Assembly: GCA_964475375.1 (NCBI GenBank)
Contig: CAYYWI010000003.1
Location: 1,719 to 65,718, forward strand
DNA: 64,000 nt
Reading direction: 5' to 3'
From: an uncultured Dehalococcoidia bacterium
GTDB taxonomy: Bacteria > Chloroflexota > Dehalococcoidia > UBA2247 > RBG-13-53-26
In this document: positions 1-9,947 of the stretch, in pieces
How positions within the stretch are numbered: the stretch's first letter is position 1
Layout: the number at the start of each line of letters is the position of its first letter
Translations under genes and position numbers: made by a program
Notes under the pieces: generated by a model
Told to the model about the DNA's origin: nothing
The model's database searches: none
What the model saw: the letters and a program-made list of their open reading frames with translations, nothing else

Positions 1-570
1 CTGGCCGAGCGTTTCACCACGCCGGTGGCCAAGGCGCTTTCAAAAACGGGAGTTACCCCAAACACACTGACGGTGGTGGGTTTTCTGGTGAGCATAGCCG
101 CCGCCGTGCTGGTTGCCAGAGAGTTCTTCCTTGCCGCTGGGCTGGTGGTACTCCTGAGCGGAGCTTTCGATCTACTCGATGGTCCTCTGGCACGGGCTAC
201 CGGTAAAGCCACCCGTTTCGGAGCTTTCCTGGATTCAACGCTGGACCGCCTCTCTGAAGCGGCTGTAATCGCAGGAATCCTGGCCTACTATGCGTATCAC
301 GGAGGCACCTGGGAATCCATCCTGGCGTACGCCACCTTCACCGGCTCCGTCATGGTCAGCTACCTCAGAGCCAGAGCCGAAGGGCTGGGAGTCAAGTGTG
401 AGGTTGGGATATTCACCAGAGCCGAAAGAGTCATCGTTATGTCAATTGGACTCATGATCGGGCAGTGGATCAACATGGCGATACCTGTCATGCTGGGCAT
501 CATAACTGCGCTCGCCTTCGTCACTGTGATCCAGCGGCTGGTCCACGTCCAGAGAACTGAGAAGACCTAG
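1..570 (+). CDS. CDP-alcohol phosphatidyltransferase, phosphatidylinositol-phosphate-synthase-like (5' end lies outside the window)
   Basis: The frame is open from base 1 into listed ORF 25..570. The N-terminus LAERFTTPVAKALSKTGVTPNTLTVVG and the D..DG...AR..G..T..G..LD..D motif fit CDP-OH phosphatidyltransferases; from memory it is closest to actinobacterial PgsA1/PIP synthase. Confidence 0.8.
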   Translation: MAERFTTPVAKALSKTGVTPNTLTVVGFLVSIAAAVLVAREFFLAAGLVVLLSGAFDLLDGPLARATGKATRFGAFLDSTLDRLSEAAVIAGILAYYAYHGGTWESILAYATFTGSVMVSYLRARAEGLGVKCEVGIFTRAERVIVMSIGLMIGQWINMAIPVMLGIITALAFVTVIQRLVHVQRTEKT

Positions 571-798
571 CCAGGGTTGGATCGTGGCGCTCATCTCCCG
601 CTGTAACCCTGATAAACAACCCCTGTTATTCAATCCATGGCGGATCCGCTTCGCTTGATCCACCCCACGTCTCCAAAAATCTGGCGGCGGCTGAAACCAG
701 GAAATCCTCGGCTGGCAACCTCACAACCAATCCCTTCAAACGTGATTCAGATCAGACTTGCCAGCAACGCAAGCTTGTTCTACTATTGTAGGTGGCTT

Positions 799-820
799 CA
801 GCCCTGAAGGGCTGTTTTGG
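799..820 (+). terminator. Terminator-like hairpin CAGCCC-TGAA-GGGCTG followed by TTTT, about 30 nt upstream of the purA start
   Basis: Seen in sequence: a 6-bp GC-rich stem with a 4-nt loop and a T-run. An alternative pairing TTCAG/CTGAA overlaps it. Confidence 0.35.
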
Positions 821-849
821 CGCGTATTAAACGAGACAAGCGAATTCTG

Positions 850-2136
850 ATGTCAGTAGTTGTGATCATAGGGGCACAGTGGGGCGACGAAGGCAAAGGC
901 AAGATCATCGACATGCTTGCGGAGAAAGCCAGCATGGTGGTCCGCTTCTCCGGCGGGCCGAACGCCGGACACACCGTACACAACCCTTACGGTAAGTTCA
1001 GCCTGCATCTGGTGCCCTCCGGCATCTGCTATCCTCACACCGTCTGTATCATAGGCAACGGCGTAGTGGTCTCACCTACAGTACTCCTGGACGAACTGGA
1101 CCAGCTCACCGGCAAGGGCATAGACACCTCCCGCCTCTTCATAAGCGCTCGGGCCCACCTGATCATGCCCTACCACATTCTCCTGGACAAGCTTGAGGAA
1201 GAGGCCAAGGGTGCTAAAGCGCTGGGCACCACCCGGAGCGGAGTGGGACCGGCCTATATGGACAAGGTGGGCCGGCTGGGAATTCGCGCCGGGGACCTCA
1301 CCGACTTGGAAGGACTGCGCCATCGACTCGCCTTTGTTCTCAACCAGAAGAACGCTATCCTGACCAAGGTATACGGTGCTCCGCCGTTGTCACTTGACCA
1401 GGTCTATGATGATTGCTGCCGCTATGCTGAAAGACTGGTTCCCATGGTGCGCGAGACGGAGCCGATGGTGGCGGAAGCCATGGAGAAGAAGGAGTTGGTG
1501 CTGCTGGAAGGAGCACAGGGCACGCTGCTCGATGTTGATTTCGGCACGTACCCTTATGTCACGTCATCTTCAGTCATCGCTGCCGGAGCCTTTTCCGGAC
1601 TCGGCCTCAGCCCCAACAGGATCGACTACGTGCTGGGCGTGGTAAAGGCCTACACCACCAGAGTGGGTGCCGGACCCTTCCCCACGGAGTTGAATGATGA
1701 GACCGGGGAGAGGATCCGGAAGATAGCCCATGAATACGGAGCCACCACCGGGCGGCCCCGCCGCTGCGGCTGGTTCGATGCCGTGGCAACACGGTTCAGC
1801 ACCCGTATCAACGGCTTCACCGGCCTGGCGCTCACCCGACTCGATGTGCTGGATCACTTCTCTTCCATCAAGATATGCACCCGGTACAGGGTAGACAGCA
1901 ACACGACTACCGATCGGTTCCCCAGCAGCATAGCCACCCTCGAAAAGTGCCAGCCGATCTATGAGGAAGTGCCCGGCTGGCAGTGCGCCACCAGCCATGT
2001 TCGCCGGTACGATGACCTGCCGCCGCTGGCCAAGTCATACGTGAAGAGGCTTGAGGAACTGATGGGCAGCCCCATCAGCATCATCTCGGTAGGCCCTGAT
2101 CGAGAAGAGACCATCATGGTCAGGCCGATCCCGTAA
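850..2136 (+). CDS. purA: adenylosuccinate synthetase
   Basis: MSVVVIIGAQWGDEGKGKIIDMLAE...GGPNAGHTV is the canonical PurA P-loop and N-terminus. The internal ATG at 850 was chosen over listed ORF start 817. Confidence 0.93.
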   Translation: MSVVVIIGAQWGDEGKGKIIDMLAEKASMVVRFSGGPNAGHTVHNPYGKFSLHLVPSGICYPHTVCIIGNGVVVSPTVLLDELDQLTGKGIDTSRLFISARAHLIMPYHILLDKLEEEAKGAKALGTTRSGVGPAYMDKVGRLGIRAGDLTDLEGLRHRLAFVLNQKNAILTKVYGAPPLSLDQVYDDCCRYAERLVPMVRETEPMVAEAMEKKELVLLEGAQGTLLDVDFGTYPYVTSSSVIAAGAFSGLGLSPNRIDYVLGVVKAYTTRVGAGPFPTELNDETGERIRKIAHEYGATTGRPRRCGWFDAVATRFSTRINGFTGLALTRLDVLDHFSSIKICTRYRVDSNTTTDRFPSSIATLEKCQPIYEEVPGWQCATSHVRRYDDLPPLAKSYVKRLEELMGSPISIISVGPDREETIMVRPIP

Positions 2137-2162
2137 GAATCCTGCTGTTAAGCCCAGGCTCA

Positions 2163-2669
2163 CTATCCCCTGTCGCCGCCCGTTGATATTGATCCGTCAT
2201 CGTTAAACCTTGGCAGGCTGGCGCCGCACCAGTAGATCACGTTCGCTGCCTTCAAGCCACTCGGCCACCCTCCGCCAAAGACCAGCATTTCCGTTCGATA
2301 CGGTTTTCCCAGGCCATCGATCCCCGACAAGACCAATACTCGGCCGCCCAACTGATTCATTCCATTCTTGAACTTCCTGCCAGGGAGCAGATATGTGTCC
2401 ACGATTTCCGGAGGCTCGGCAGGAACCCCTGCCCATTCACCTGCAGCCCTCCACTGCGGCTCGCACATCCCGGTCGAACTGCCCAGCTTGCAGAGACCAT
2501 CGAGGTCATGTGACTGAGCGTATCCCACTGCACGATTCAGAAGATTTGTGGCCTGTTCAACACTGATTTCGCCGGAACGATTATTGGGCCATGCCCAGGC
2601 AATGACCGCCACTACGGCCGCCAGCAATAGAAAGGCAACTACGATCAGAACAAGTCTTCTTCGTTTCAT
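2163..2669 (-). CDS. hypothetical protein with N-terminal signal-anchor / transmembrane helix
   Basis: MKRRRLVLIVVAFLLLAAVVAVIAWAW hydrophobic N-terminus and no recognisable domain. The start was moved to the internal Met. Confidence 0.5.
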   Translation of the reverse strand: MKRRRLVLIVVAFLLLAAVVAVIAWAWPNNRSGEISVEQATNLLNRAVGYAQSHDLDGLCKLGSSTGMCEPQWRAAGEWAGVPAEPPEIVDTYLLPGRKFKNGMNQLGGRVLVLSGIDGLGKPYRTEMLVFGGGWPSGLKAANVIYWCGASLPRFNDDGSISTGGDRG

Positions 2670-2822
2670 TTTTTGAACTCCTCTGCATATCATGTCCTGT
2701 AGCAGAACACATTGCGGCATCATAACTTATGAGAATATAGCGACAAAACCCATTGCCTGCAACCCCGGCTGTCGATGTATCATACCCACTCGCTCTCAAA
2801 ACACGCTATAATAGTGGGCCAG

Positions 2823-3869
2823 ATGGCTGAGAACAAAGAGGAACGGATAATCTCCGGCAAGCCCAGGGAAGACGATACGGGGCAGGACAAGAGCCTGCGT
2901 CCCAAGCGTCTTTCTGAGTACATTGGACAGGACAAGGTCAAAGAGAACGTCAAGATCGCCATCGAGGCCACCAAAGCCAGGAAGGAAGCGCTCGACCACG
3001 TTCTCATCTACGGACCGCCAGGCCTCGGCAAGACGACCTTGGCGCACATCATCGCCGCAGAATTAGGGTCCAGCATTCGAATCACCTCAGGCCCGGCAAT
3101 CGAGCGTCCCGGTGACCTGGCGGCCATAATCACCAACCTCCACGAAGGCGACCTCCTGTTCATCGACGAGATCCACCGGCTCCCCAGAGTCGTGGAGGAG
3201 GTACTGTACCCCGCGATGGAGGACTTTGCCCTGGACATCGTGATCGGTAAAGGGCCGGGAGCCAAGAGCCTGCGCCTGCACCTGCAGCGCTTCACACTGG
3301 TCGGGGCCACCACGCGGTTCGCCATGCTCAGCTCCCCGCTCAGGGACAGGTTCGGCTCCATCTACCGGCTGGATTTCTACGACCAGCAGGCCATGGAGAC
3401 CATAGTTCAGCGCTCCGCCTCGATCCTGAAGGTGCAGGCCGAGGATGGCGGTGTGAAGGAAATCGCCTGCCGCGCCCGCGGGACACCGAGGGTAGCCAAT
3501 CGACTGCTGCGGCGGGTCAGAGACTATGCCCAGGTCAAGGCCAAGGGCGTGATCACCAAGGCGGTAGCTGTAGATGCGCTGGCCAAGCTGGAAGTGGACA
3601 AGATCGGCCTGGACCAGGTGGACCACCAGGTCTTGCGCACCATCGTGGAGAAGTTCGACGGCGGACCCGTTGGACTGGACACTATCGCCGCATCCATCAG
3701 CGAGGAAGCGGATACCATCATGGACGTCTATGAGCCGTATCTTCTCCAGTTGGGATTCCTGGAGCGGACACCGCGCGGCCGGGTGGCCACACGCCTGGCA
3801 TACGAGCACCTGGGTTTGAAGTACAGGAACAAACAGTCTCCCCAGTCATCTCAAGGACAGCTTCTCTAA
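2823..3869 (+). CDS. ruvB: Holliday junction branch migration DNA helicase RuvB
   Basis: [25 protein letters not shown]...[20 protein letters not shown]...DEIHRL: RuvB Walker A/B and sensor motifs. Confidence 0.95.
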   Translation: MAENKEERIISGKPREDDTGQDKSLRPKRLSEYIGQDKVKENVKIAIEATKARKEALDHVLIYGPPGLGKTTLAHIIAAELGSSIRITSGPAIERPGDLAAIITNLHEGDLLFIDEIHRLPRVVEEVLYPAMEDFALDIVIGKGPGAKSLRLHLQRFTLVGATTRFAMLSSPLRDRFGSIYRLDFYDQQAMETIVQRSASILKVQAEDGGVKEIACRARGTPRVANRLLRRVRDYAQVKAKGVITKAVAVDALAKLEVDKIGLDQVDHQVLRTIVEKFDGGPVGLDTIAASISEEADTIMDVYEPYLLQLGFLERTPRGRVATRLAYEHLGLKYRNKQSPQSSQGQLL

Positions 3870-3871
3870 TC

Positions 3872-4417
3872 ATGGCTTCTCTGCTTGTACACACCTGCTG
3901 CGGACCCTGCGCCTCCGGATGCTTTGAGCACTGGCGTCAGGAGGGCTTCGAGGTGACCGCATTCTGGTACAACCCCAACATCCATTCCTTCACCGAACAT
4001 CAGAAGAGGCTCCAGACGCTTCAGGATTTTCTCAAGAGGAACAACATCCCCCTCATCATCTCCGAGGGCTACGACGTCATCAACTACTTCCGGGCGGTTG
4101 TCGGCCATGAGCATCAGAACGAACGCTGCCGGTATTGCTTCCGCCTGCGCCTCACGGCCACGGCAGCAGCCGCAAAAGAGCGAGGGTTTGAAGCCTTCAC
4201 CACCACGCTGCTGATCAGCCCTTACCAGAACCAGGAGCTTCTCAAGGAGATCGGCGAAGAGATTGCCGCGAAAGCGGGGCTGCGGTTCATTTCCGAAGAC
4301 ATGAGGCCATGCTACAGCGACAGCCGGAGGATAAGTCAGGAGCTTGACCTCTACCGGCAGAAGTACTGCGGGTGCATCTACAGCGAGTGGGAGCGCTTCA
4401 GCAAGAAGAAACGCTAG
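3872..4417 (+). CDS. queH: epoxyqueuosine reductase QueH (DUF208)
   Basis: N-terminal LLVHTCCGPCAS motif and C-terminal CGCIYSEW motif typical of QueH. Lies 2 nt after ruvB. Confidence 0.8.
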   Translation: MASLLVHTCCGPCASGCFEHWRQEGFEVTAFWYNPNIHSFTEHQKRLQTLQDFLKRNNIPLIISEGYDVINYFRAVVGHEHQNERCRYCFRLRLTATAAAAKERGFEAFTTTLLISPYQNQELLKEIGEEIAAKAGLRFISEDMRPCYSDSRRISQELDLYRQKYCGCIYSEWERFSKKKR

Positions 4418-4439
4418 TTCTTTCATGGCACTCCCGAGC

Positions 4440-4465
4440 CACGAGCTATGAGCTCACAGCTCGTG
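4440..4465. terminator. Bidirectional hairpin CACGAGCT-N10-AGCTCGTG between the convergent queH and TauE genes
   Basis: 8-bp perfect stem seen in sequence, followed by ATTTCT. Its core GAGCTATGAGCTCA resembles the family C modules further down the window. Confidence 0.45.
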
Positions 4466-4469
4466 ATTT

Positions 4470-5276
4470 CTAGAATGCCCCCACCATCCTCAGCCCCACC
4501 ACCAGCATCACGATAACAAAGACTATCCTCAACACCCTGGCTGAGAGACGGTGAGCCGCCCAGGTGCCGACCTGGGTCATGGCGATACTGGTCGGCGTCA
4601 GACAGAGCCAGGCCGTCAGATTGAAGTAGCCCAGAGAGCCGCCCGGCGACCCCGCAACATGCAGGCCGTTGATGAAATAGCCCAGCGCCCCTGCAGCGCT
4701 GGTAAAGACCATCACCGCGGCCGAGGTGGCCACCGCCTGGTGCATCCTGAATCGGAGCACCGTGGTCATCACCGGCACCATCAGGATGCCTCCACCCACA
4801 CCGAGGAGACCGCTGAACATGCCCAGGAAAAAACCGAAGATACCCCAGAAGAGCGGCCTCTCCCTGGGGACTTCATGAGACTCGACCGGCTTTGCCGTCA
4901 GAAGTCGGACACTGGCCAGGATGACCATCACGCCGAAGACGATCTTCATGACCTCGCCGCCGATGACCTGCGTGGTGAGCGTGGAGCCCAGCAGAGCACC
5001 TGCGGCACCGGCGATACCGATCACGATAGCCGCCTTCCACCAGATCATCCCTCTCCGCTGATAGGCAAAAGTGGTCGCTACGGCAGCCGGGAAGATGACC
5101 AGCAGGCTGGTGCCGAAGGCTGTCTTCACTGTGATGTCCACGTCCCAGCCCAGATGACCGAACACCGCCACCATCACCGGAACCATGATGAAAGCGCCGC
5201 CGACACCCAGAAGCCCCTGGCCTAGGCCAACGACGATTCCGGTTACGAGCAAGACGATTATGAGACTCAACTCCAA
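4470..5276 (-). CDS. sulfite exporter TauE/SafE family membrane protein
   Basis: Two TM bundles with a repeated GxGGG motif (GVGGAFIMVP / GVGGGILMVP), characteristic of the TSUP family. Confidence 0.8.
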   Translation of the reverse strand: MELSLIIVLLVTGIVVGLGQGLLGVGGAFIMVPVMVAVFGHLGWDVDITVKTAFGTSLLVIFPAAVATTFAYQRRGMIWWKAAIVIGIAGAAGALLGSTLTTQVIGGEVMKIVFGVMVILASVRLLTAKPVESHEVPRERPLFWGIFGFFLGMFSGLLGVGGGILMVPVMTTVLRFRMHQAVATSAAVMVFTSAAGALGYFINGLHVAGSPGGSLGYFNLTAWLCLTPTSIAMTQVGTWAAHRLSARVLRIVFVIVMLVVGLRMVGAF

Positions 5277-5354
5277 GGGTGACTTCCCTCACTACTCAGT
5301 TCCAGTTATGCAGGCCGGCATTAGCTATCGCGTGTTCATGACCCCAGACTACCT

Positions 5355-5397
5355 GGGGACACCCCAAAACCCCGGCAGGAGATCCCTCCTGCACCTC
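5355..5397. repeat. Family B intergenic element, copy 1 (GGGGACACCCC..CCCCGGCAGG + hairpin + CACCTC)
   Basis: Seen in sequence: GGGGACACCCCAAAACCCCGGC, then hairpin GCAGGAG-ATCC-CTCCTGC, then ACCTC. See the other family B copies. Confidence 0.6.
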
Positions 5398-5543
5398 TCC
5401 AGATAACGCCAACGTAACCCTCCTGGTGCTGATCTGATAGCGTAGCACAAAGCCACAAATATCTGAACCAGAAGGAGACAGGACAGGATCAGAAACGTTG
5501 GTGAAAATGCGAGGGAGGGGAGATGCGCAACTTCTGAGGAGGG

Positions 5544-6500
5544 CTAAGCTTTCTTCCTGAGAACCGTGGCCTTTACCGCTTTCTCGATGTCGGCTGCAGT
5601 CAGACCATAGCGCTTCAGCAGTTCAGCAGGCGTGCCCGACTGGGCGTACATGTCCTTGATGGCCACGAATGAGACAGGCACGGGGTGATGTTGAGCCACC
5701 ACCTGAGCCACCCTCGCCCCCAGCCCGCCGTGCTCCAGGTGCTCCTCCGCGGTCACGATAGCGCCGGTCTCGGTGGCTGCCTTCACAACAGCGTCGGCAT
5801 CCAAAGGCTTGACGGTGGCCATGTTCAGCACCCGGCAATCGATCCCCTGTTTCGCCAGGTTCTCCGCCGCCTCCAGGGCCGGTGCCACCATGATCCCGTT
5901 GGCGATGATAGTGAGATCAGATCCATCTCTCAAGCGCGCCGCTTTGCCCAGAACAAACTGGTACCCGTCCTTGGACACCCGCGGCACCTTCGGCCGTCCC
6001 AGGCGCACGTAGAAAGGACCGGGAGTGGTTGCCACCACTCTGATCGCCTGAGTCGTCTCTTCGGCATCGGCTGGTACAATCACATTGAAACCGGGCAGCG
6101 AGCAGGCCAATGCCACATCCTCGATAGCGTGATGCGAGAGGCCATCCTCACCAACGCTGATGCCGCCATGCGTGGCCACCACCTTCACATCCAGCCGGGG
6201 CTGGGAGACGGACATGCGCAGTTGGTCGAAGCATCGTCCGGTAGCAAAAACGGCAAAGGTGCTGGCAAAGGCGATCTTGCCAGAAGCCGCCAGCCCGGCC
6301 GCAATCCCGATCATGTTCTGCTCCGCAATGCCGCAGTCGAAAAAGCGATTGGGGAACTCCTTGGCAAAGTGAAGGGTCATGGTTGACTTGGAAAGGTCCG
6401 CATCCAGGACAACGATGTTCGGGTTCTCTCGCCCCAAGACGACGAGCGCCTTGCCGTAGGCGTCTCTGGTAGCAGCCGGCGCTTCCTTCACGTTACCCAC
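5544..6500 (-). CDS. transketolase, C-terminal subunit
   Basis: Pyrimidine-binding and C-terminal domains (GIAEQNMIGIAAGLA..., GEDGLSHHAIEDVA). GTG start at 6500 overlaps the upstream stop by 1 nt. Confidence 0.9.
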   Translation of the reverse strand: MGNVKEAPAATRDAYGKALVVLGRENPNIVVLDADLSKSTMTLHFAKEFPNRFFDCGIAEQNMIGIAAGLAASGKIAFASTFAVFATGRCFDQLRMSVSQPRLDVKVVATHGGISVGEDGLSHHAIEDVALACSLPGFNVIVPADAEETTQAIRVVATTPGPFYVRLGRPKVPRVSKDGYQFVLGKAARLRDGSDLTIIANGIMVAPALEAAENLAKQGIDCRVLNMATVKPLDADAVVKAATETGAIVTAEEHLEHGGLGARVAQVVAQHHPVPVSFVAIKDMYAQSGTPAELLKRYGLTAADIEKAVKATVLRKKA

Positions 6501-7474
6501 TACGCCAACTCCCGCAGCGCCCGCTCAGTTTCCTCACGGTTTGGAGCCTTGCCGTGGAAATCCACGTTGTTCTCCATGAAGCTGACGCCCTTGCCTTTGA
6601 CGGTGTGCGCAATGATCATGGTCGGCTGTCCCTTGACACGCTCCGCCTGCTCATAAGCCGCGAGCAATTGAGACAGGTCATGGCCATCGACTTCGATGAT
6701 GTTCCAGCCGAACGCGCGCCACTTGTCGGGCAGCGGTTCGAGATTCATAACGTCCCTGTTCCAACCGTCGATCTGTAATCCGTTGTGATCGACGATGCCA
6801 ACGAGGTTGTCCAGCTTGAAGTGAGCAGCGGCCATAGCCGCTTCCCAGACCTGACCCTCATCGCACTCACCATCGCCCATCAAGACATATACCCGGTAGC
6901 TTTTGGCATCCAGACGCCCAGCCAAGGCAACGCCGACGCCAAAGGACAAACCCTGGCCCAGAGATCCGCACGTGGCTTCCACACCGGGAGTGCAGGTCCT
7001 GTCGGGATGCCCCTGCAAGCGGCTGTCGATCTTCCTCAGAGTGCACAGCTCATCACCAGCGAGGTAGCCCGACTCGGCCAGGACAGCATAGAGAAGCGGT
7101 GCAGCATGGCCCTTGCTCAGGATGAAGCGATCGCGATCCGGCCAATCAGGCTCCGAAGGCCGGTGCCGGAGGACACGGAAGTAGATAGCTGTGACAATCT
7201 CAACAGATGAAAGGGAGCCGCCGGGATGGCCGCTGCCTGCGATGGAAGTCATTTCAATGATGTGGCGGCGCAAAGTCTTGGCCATCGCCTGAAGGTCTTG
7301 GATGCTGACCAGACTCTTACCTGTGGAGGATAACTTCGCAGATGGGCCAACACTGGTTGGCCGAGGGCTGCTGCCGGGGATACTTTGTTCAAACATGGCT
7401 ATGAAAGAAGTCGGACTGTCATTATACATTAGCGCTGAGGCAGAAGGCAATTGCGCCAGCGCTGCCTCCTTCAC
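6500..7474 (-). CDS. transketolase, N-terminal (TPP-binding) subunit
   Basis: MTSIAGSGHPGGSLSSVEI...GDGECDEGQVWEAAMAA TPP-binding motifs. The 5' start is uncertain: GTG at 7474, or internal Met codons at 7396 or 7285. Confidence 0.85.
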   Translation of the reverse strand: MKEAALAQLPSASALMYNDSPTSFIAMFEQSIPGSSPRPTSVGPSAKLSSTGKSLVSIQDLQAMAKTLRRHIIEMTSIAGSGHPGGSLSSVEIVTAIYFRVLRHRPSEPDWPDRDRFILSKGHAAPLLYAVLAESGYLAGDELCTLRKIDSRLQGHPDRTCTPGVEATCGSLGQGLSFGVGVALAGRLDAKSYRVYVLMGDGECDEGQVWEAAMAAAHFKLDNLVGIVDHNGLQIDGWNRDVMNLEPLPDKWRAFGWNIIEVDGHDLSQLLAAYEQAERVKGQPTMIIAHTVKGKGVSFMENNVDFHGKAPNREETERALRELA

Positions 7475-7559
7475 TTTTGGTTTGGTTTTGGATTATACTG
7501 TGATGGTTCGCGTTGGCCCTATATATAGATTGTAGAACCTGTGAAAGGGGGATGGTTTA

Positions 7560-9632
7560 ATGCAGAGCTACAGCACTGACCACATACGCAACGTGGTCCT
7601 GCTCTCACACTGTGGAGCAGGTAAGACCTCGCTGTCGGAGGCGATGCTGTTCACGTCTGGGGCCATCCCGCGCCTGGGCCGGGTTGACGACGGCAGCAGC
7701 ACGTCTGACTTTGATCCGGACGAGATCAAGCGCAAGATCAGTATCAACCTTTCCGTACTCCCTTGCGAGTGGGATGGCAATAAGATCAATATTCTGGATG
7801 CTCCCGGCTATGCCGACTTCGTGTCCGGGGCGGTGGCCGGGGTGGCAGTAGCTGATGCGGCAGTGATCGCCATCTGTGCAGCGTCAGGAATCGAAGTGGG
7901 CACCGAGATGATGTGGAAGCTGGCCGATGGCAGGGCACTCTCCCGCATCATTTTCATCAACAAGATGGACAGAGAGAACGCTGATTTCAGCAAGGTGGTG
8001 GAGCAGATCCAGAAGAGGTTTGGCCGACATTGCGTGCCCCTGGCCATGCCCATAGGGGCTCATTCCACCTTTGAGGGTGTTGTGGACCTTCTGGCAATGA
8101 AGGCTTACAAGAAGGAGAAGAAGGAGGAAGCCATCCCAGCTTCGGTTGAGGCTCAGGCCAAGGCTTTAAGGGAGAAGATGGTTGAGGCAGTGGCGGAGAT
8201 GGATGATGAGCTCACCCTCAAGTACCTGGATGGACAGGAGATAGCAGCCGAGGAACTGAGCCGAGTTCTGATTCAGGGAGTGAAGGCAGGGAAGATAGTC
8301 CCCATCCTGACCGGCTCGGCGCTGCAGAACCTGGGCACCAACGGTCTGCTTGATGCGATCTGCAAGCTCCTGCCATCGCCGCAGGAAGTCCCGCCAGCGG
8401 AAGCGACCAACGCCAGCAACCAGGCCGAGTCCCTGAAGGCCGATGAGAACGCCTCTCTGGCTGCTCTGGTGTTCATGACCAGCGCTGATCCGTATGTAGG
8501 CAAAGTGACCCATTTCCGGGTCTACTCCGGCACCATCAGCAGCAACTCCCAGGTGTGGAACAGCACCAAGGCGCAGCTTGAGCGTATCGGTCAGCTCTTC
8601 ATGTTCAAAGGCAAGACCCAGGAGGCTGTTCCCAAGGTTATCGCCGGAGACATCGGCGCGGTGGGCAAGCTGGCGGCAACCGTTACCGGAGACACTCTGT
8701 CAGTCAAAGAGCATGCGGTCAAGTTGCCGTCTATCGTTTTCCCGGAGCCGATATACAGCGTGGCTCTGCATCCCAAGACCAAGACAGACGTGGACAAGCT
8801 GGGCACTGTGCTGCCCAGGCTGGCGGAAGAAGACCCCACCCTCCGCATTCGAAAGGACACGGATACCGCTGAAACCGTGCTGATGGGGATGGGAGACACG
8901 CATGTCGACGTGGTGGCCGAGAGGATGCAGCGCAAGTTCGGCGTGGGGGTCAAGCTGGAAATCCCCAAGGTTCCCTACAGAGAGACCATCACGGCGAAGG
9001 TCGAGGCTGAGCACAAGCACAAGAAGCAGACCGGTGGTCACGGACAATACGGGCATGTTCTGATCCGGGTGGAGCCGCTGCCGCGGGGCACCGGTTTCGA
9101 GTTCGCTGACCAGGTCGTGGGTGGCGCAGTGCCCCGGAACTTCATCCCGGCTGTGGAGAAGGGCGTTATGGAAGCGCGGCATGAGGGCGTCCTGGCCCGT
9201 TACCCGATCGTCGATGTCAGGGTCACTCTGTACGATGGCAGCGCCCACCCCGTGGACTCTTCGGAAATGTCCTTCAAGATTGCCTCATCGATGGCGCTGA
9301 AGAAAGCCCTTTCGCAGGGATTCACCGTCCTGCTCGAACCCATAATGAAACTCAAAGTCATGGTGCCGGAAACCTTCACCGGTGACATCATCTCCGACCT
9401 GAATACCAAGCGTGCCAGAGTGATGGGCATGATCCAGGAGGGCGGCCTGCAGGTAATTGATGCGCAGGCACCTCTGGCGGAAGTGCAGAAATACGCTGTG
9501 GATCTGAGGTCGCTGACTCAGGGCAGGGGCACCTACACCATGGATTTCGATCACTACGAAGAGGTGCCGTCCTTCCAGGCCCAGAAGATCATAGACGCGC
9601 GGGCCGAAGAGAAGGAAAAAGAGAAGGCCTAG
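7560..9632 (+). CDS. elongation factor G-like translational GTPase (divergent EF-G paralog)
   Basis: 690 aa with G domain plus EF-G domains II-V (ILDAPGYADF, GDTL motifs). The G1 motif is atypical: SHCGAGKTS. Confidence 0.85.
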   Translation: MQSYSTDHIRNVVLLSHCGAGKTSLSEAMLFTSGAIPRLGRVDDGSSTSDFDPDEIKRKISINLSVLPCEWDGNKINILDAPGYADFVSGAVAGVAVADAAVIAICAASGIEVGTEMMWKLADGRALSRIIFINKMDRENADFSKVVEQIQKRFGRHCVPLAMPIGAHSTFEGVVDLLAMKAYKKEKKEEAIPASVEAQAKALREKMVEAVAEMDDELTLKYLDGQEIAAEELSRVLIQGVKAGKIVPILTGSALQNLGTNGLLDAICKLLPSPQEVPPAEATNASNQAESLKADENASLAALVFMTSADPYVGKVTHFRVYSGTISSNSQVWNSTKAQLERIGQLFMFKGKTQEAVPKVIAGDIGAVGKLAATVTGDTLSVKEHAVKLPSIVFPEPIYSVALHPKTKTDVDKLGTVLPRLAEEDPTLRIRKDTDTAETVLMGMGDTHVDVVAERMQRKFGVGVKLEIPKVPYRETITAKVEAEHKHKKQTGGHGQYGHVLIRVEPLPRGTGFEFADQVVGGAVPRNFIPAVEKGVMEARHEGVLARYPIVDVRVTLYDGSAHPVDSSEMSFKIASSMALKKALSQGFTVLLEPIMKLKVMVPETFTGDIISDLNTKRARVMGMIQEGGLQVIDAQAPLAEVQKYAVDLRSLTQGRGTYTMDFDHYEEVPSFQAQKIIDARAEEKEKEKA

Positions 9633-9924
9633 TTATTCGGAGGGCGATCGGCATCAAACTGACCGCCCTATTTGTTCAATCGGCACTGCGAGACCCTACC
9701 AGTAGCGCGTTCCGGCCACGAAGGCTTCGGTACCCTGTTTCTTCAGCTTCCGCAGGTTCTTGACGTTGGCCGTGGATCGGCTTCAGAAAGTCCAGCTTCC
9801 GGCAGGTCTTGAACTCATCGCACTCCCAGCAGCCCTTGATGCCCCGCTTGTTGCAGCAGACTTAGGCAGGACTCGTCTTCAACCGCGTACCTTCCTGTCC
9901 CGAGGACAAAACCCGGTCTCCGTA

Positions 9925-9947
9925 GGGGCGAAGCTGGTGCTTCGCCC
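9925..9947. repeat. Family D variant: GGGGCGAAGC-tggt-GCTTCGCCC hairpin
   Basis: Seen in sequence: a 9-bp stem built from the GGGGCGAAGC half-site shared with the other family D copies. Confidence 0.45.

Noticed and set aside
571-849. Purine riboswitch upstream of purA
   Set aside because: No match by eye to the conserved purine-riboswitch core (three-way junction with the UAUA...UUUCUACC motifs). Only a terminator-like hairpin is supported.
3087-3809. Long antisense ORFs inside ruvB (3087..3809 -, 3008..3361 -), and likewise inside the TauE gene (4551..5225 +), tktB (5685..6386 +), serC/serA (20645..21874 -, 21929..22849 -) and AOR (multiple)
   Set aside because: They lie entirely within well-supported genes on the opposite strand and have low-complexity Arg/Gly/Pro-rich translations typical of GC-rich antisense frames. 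No motifs were recognised.
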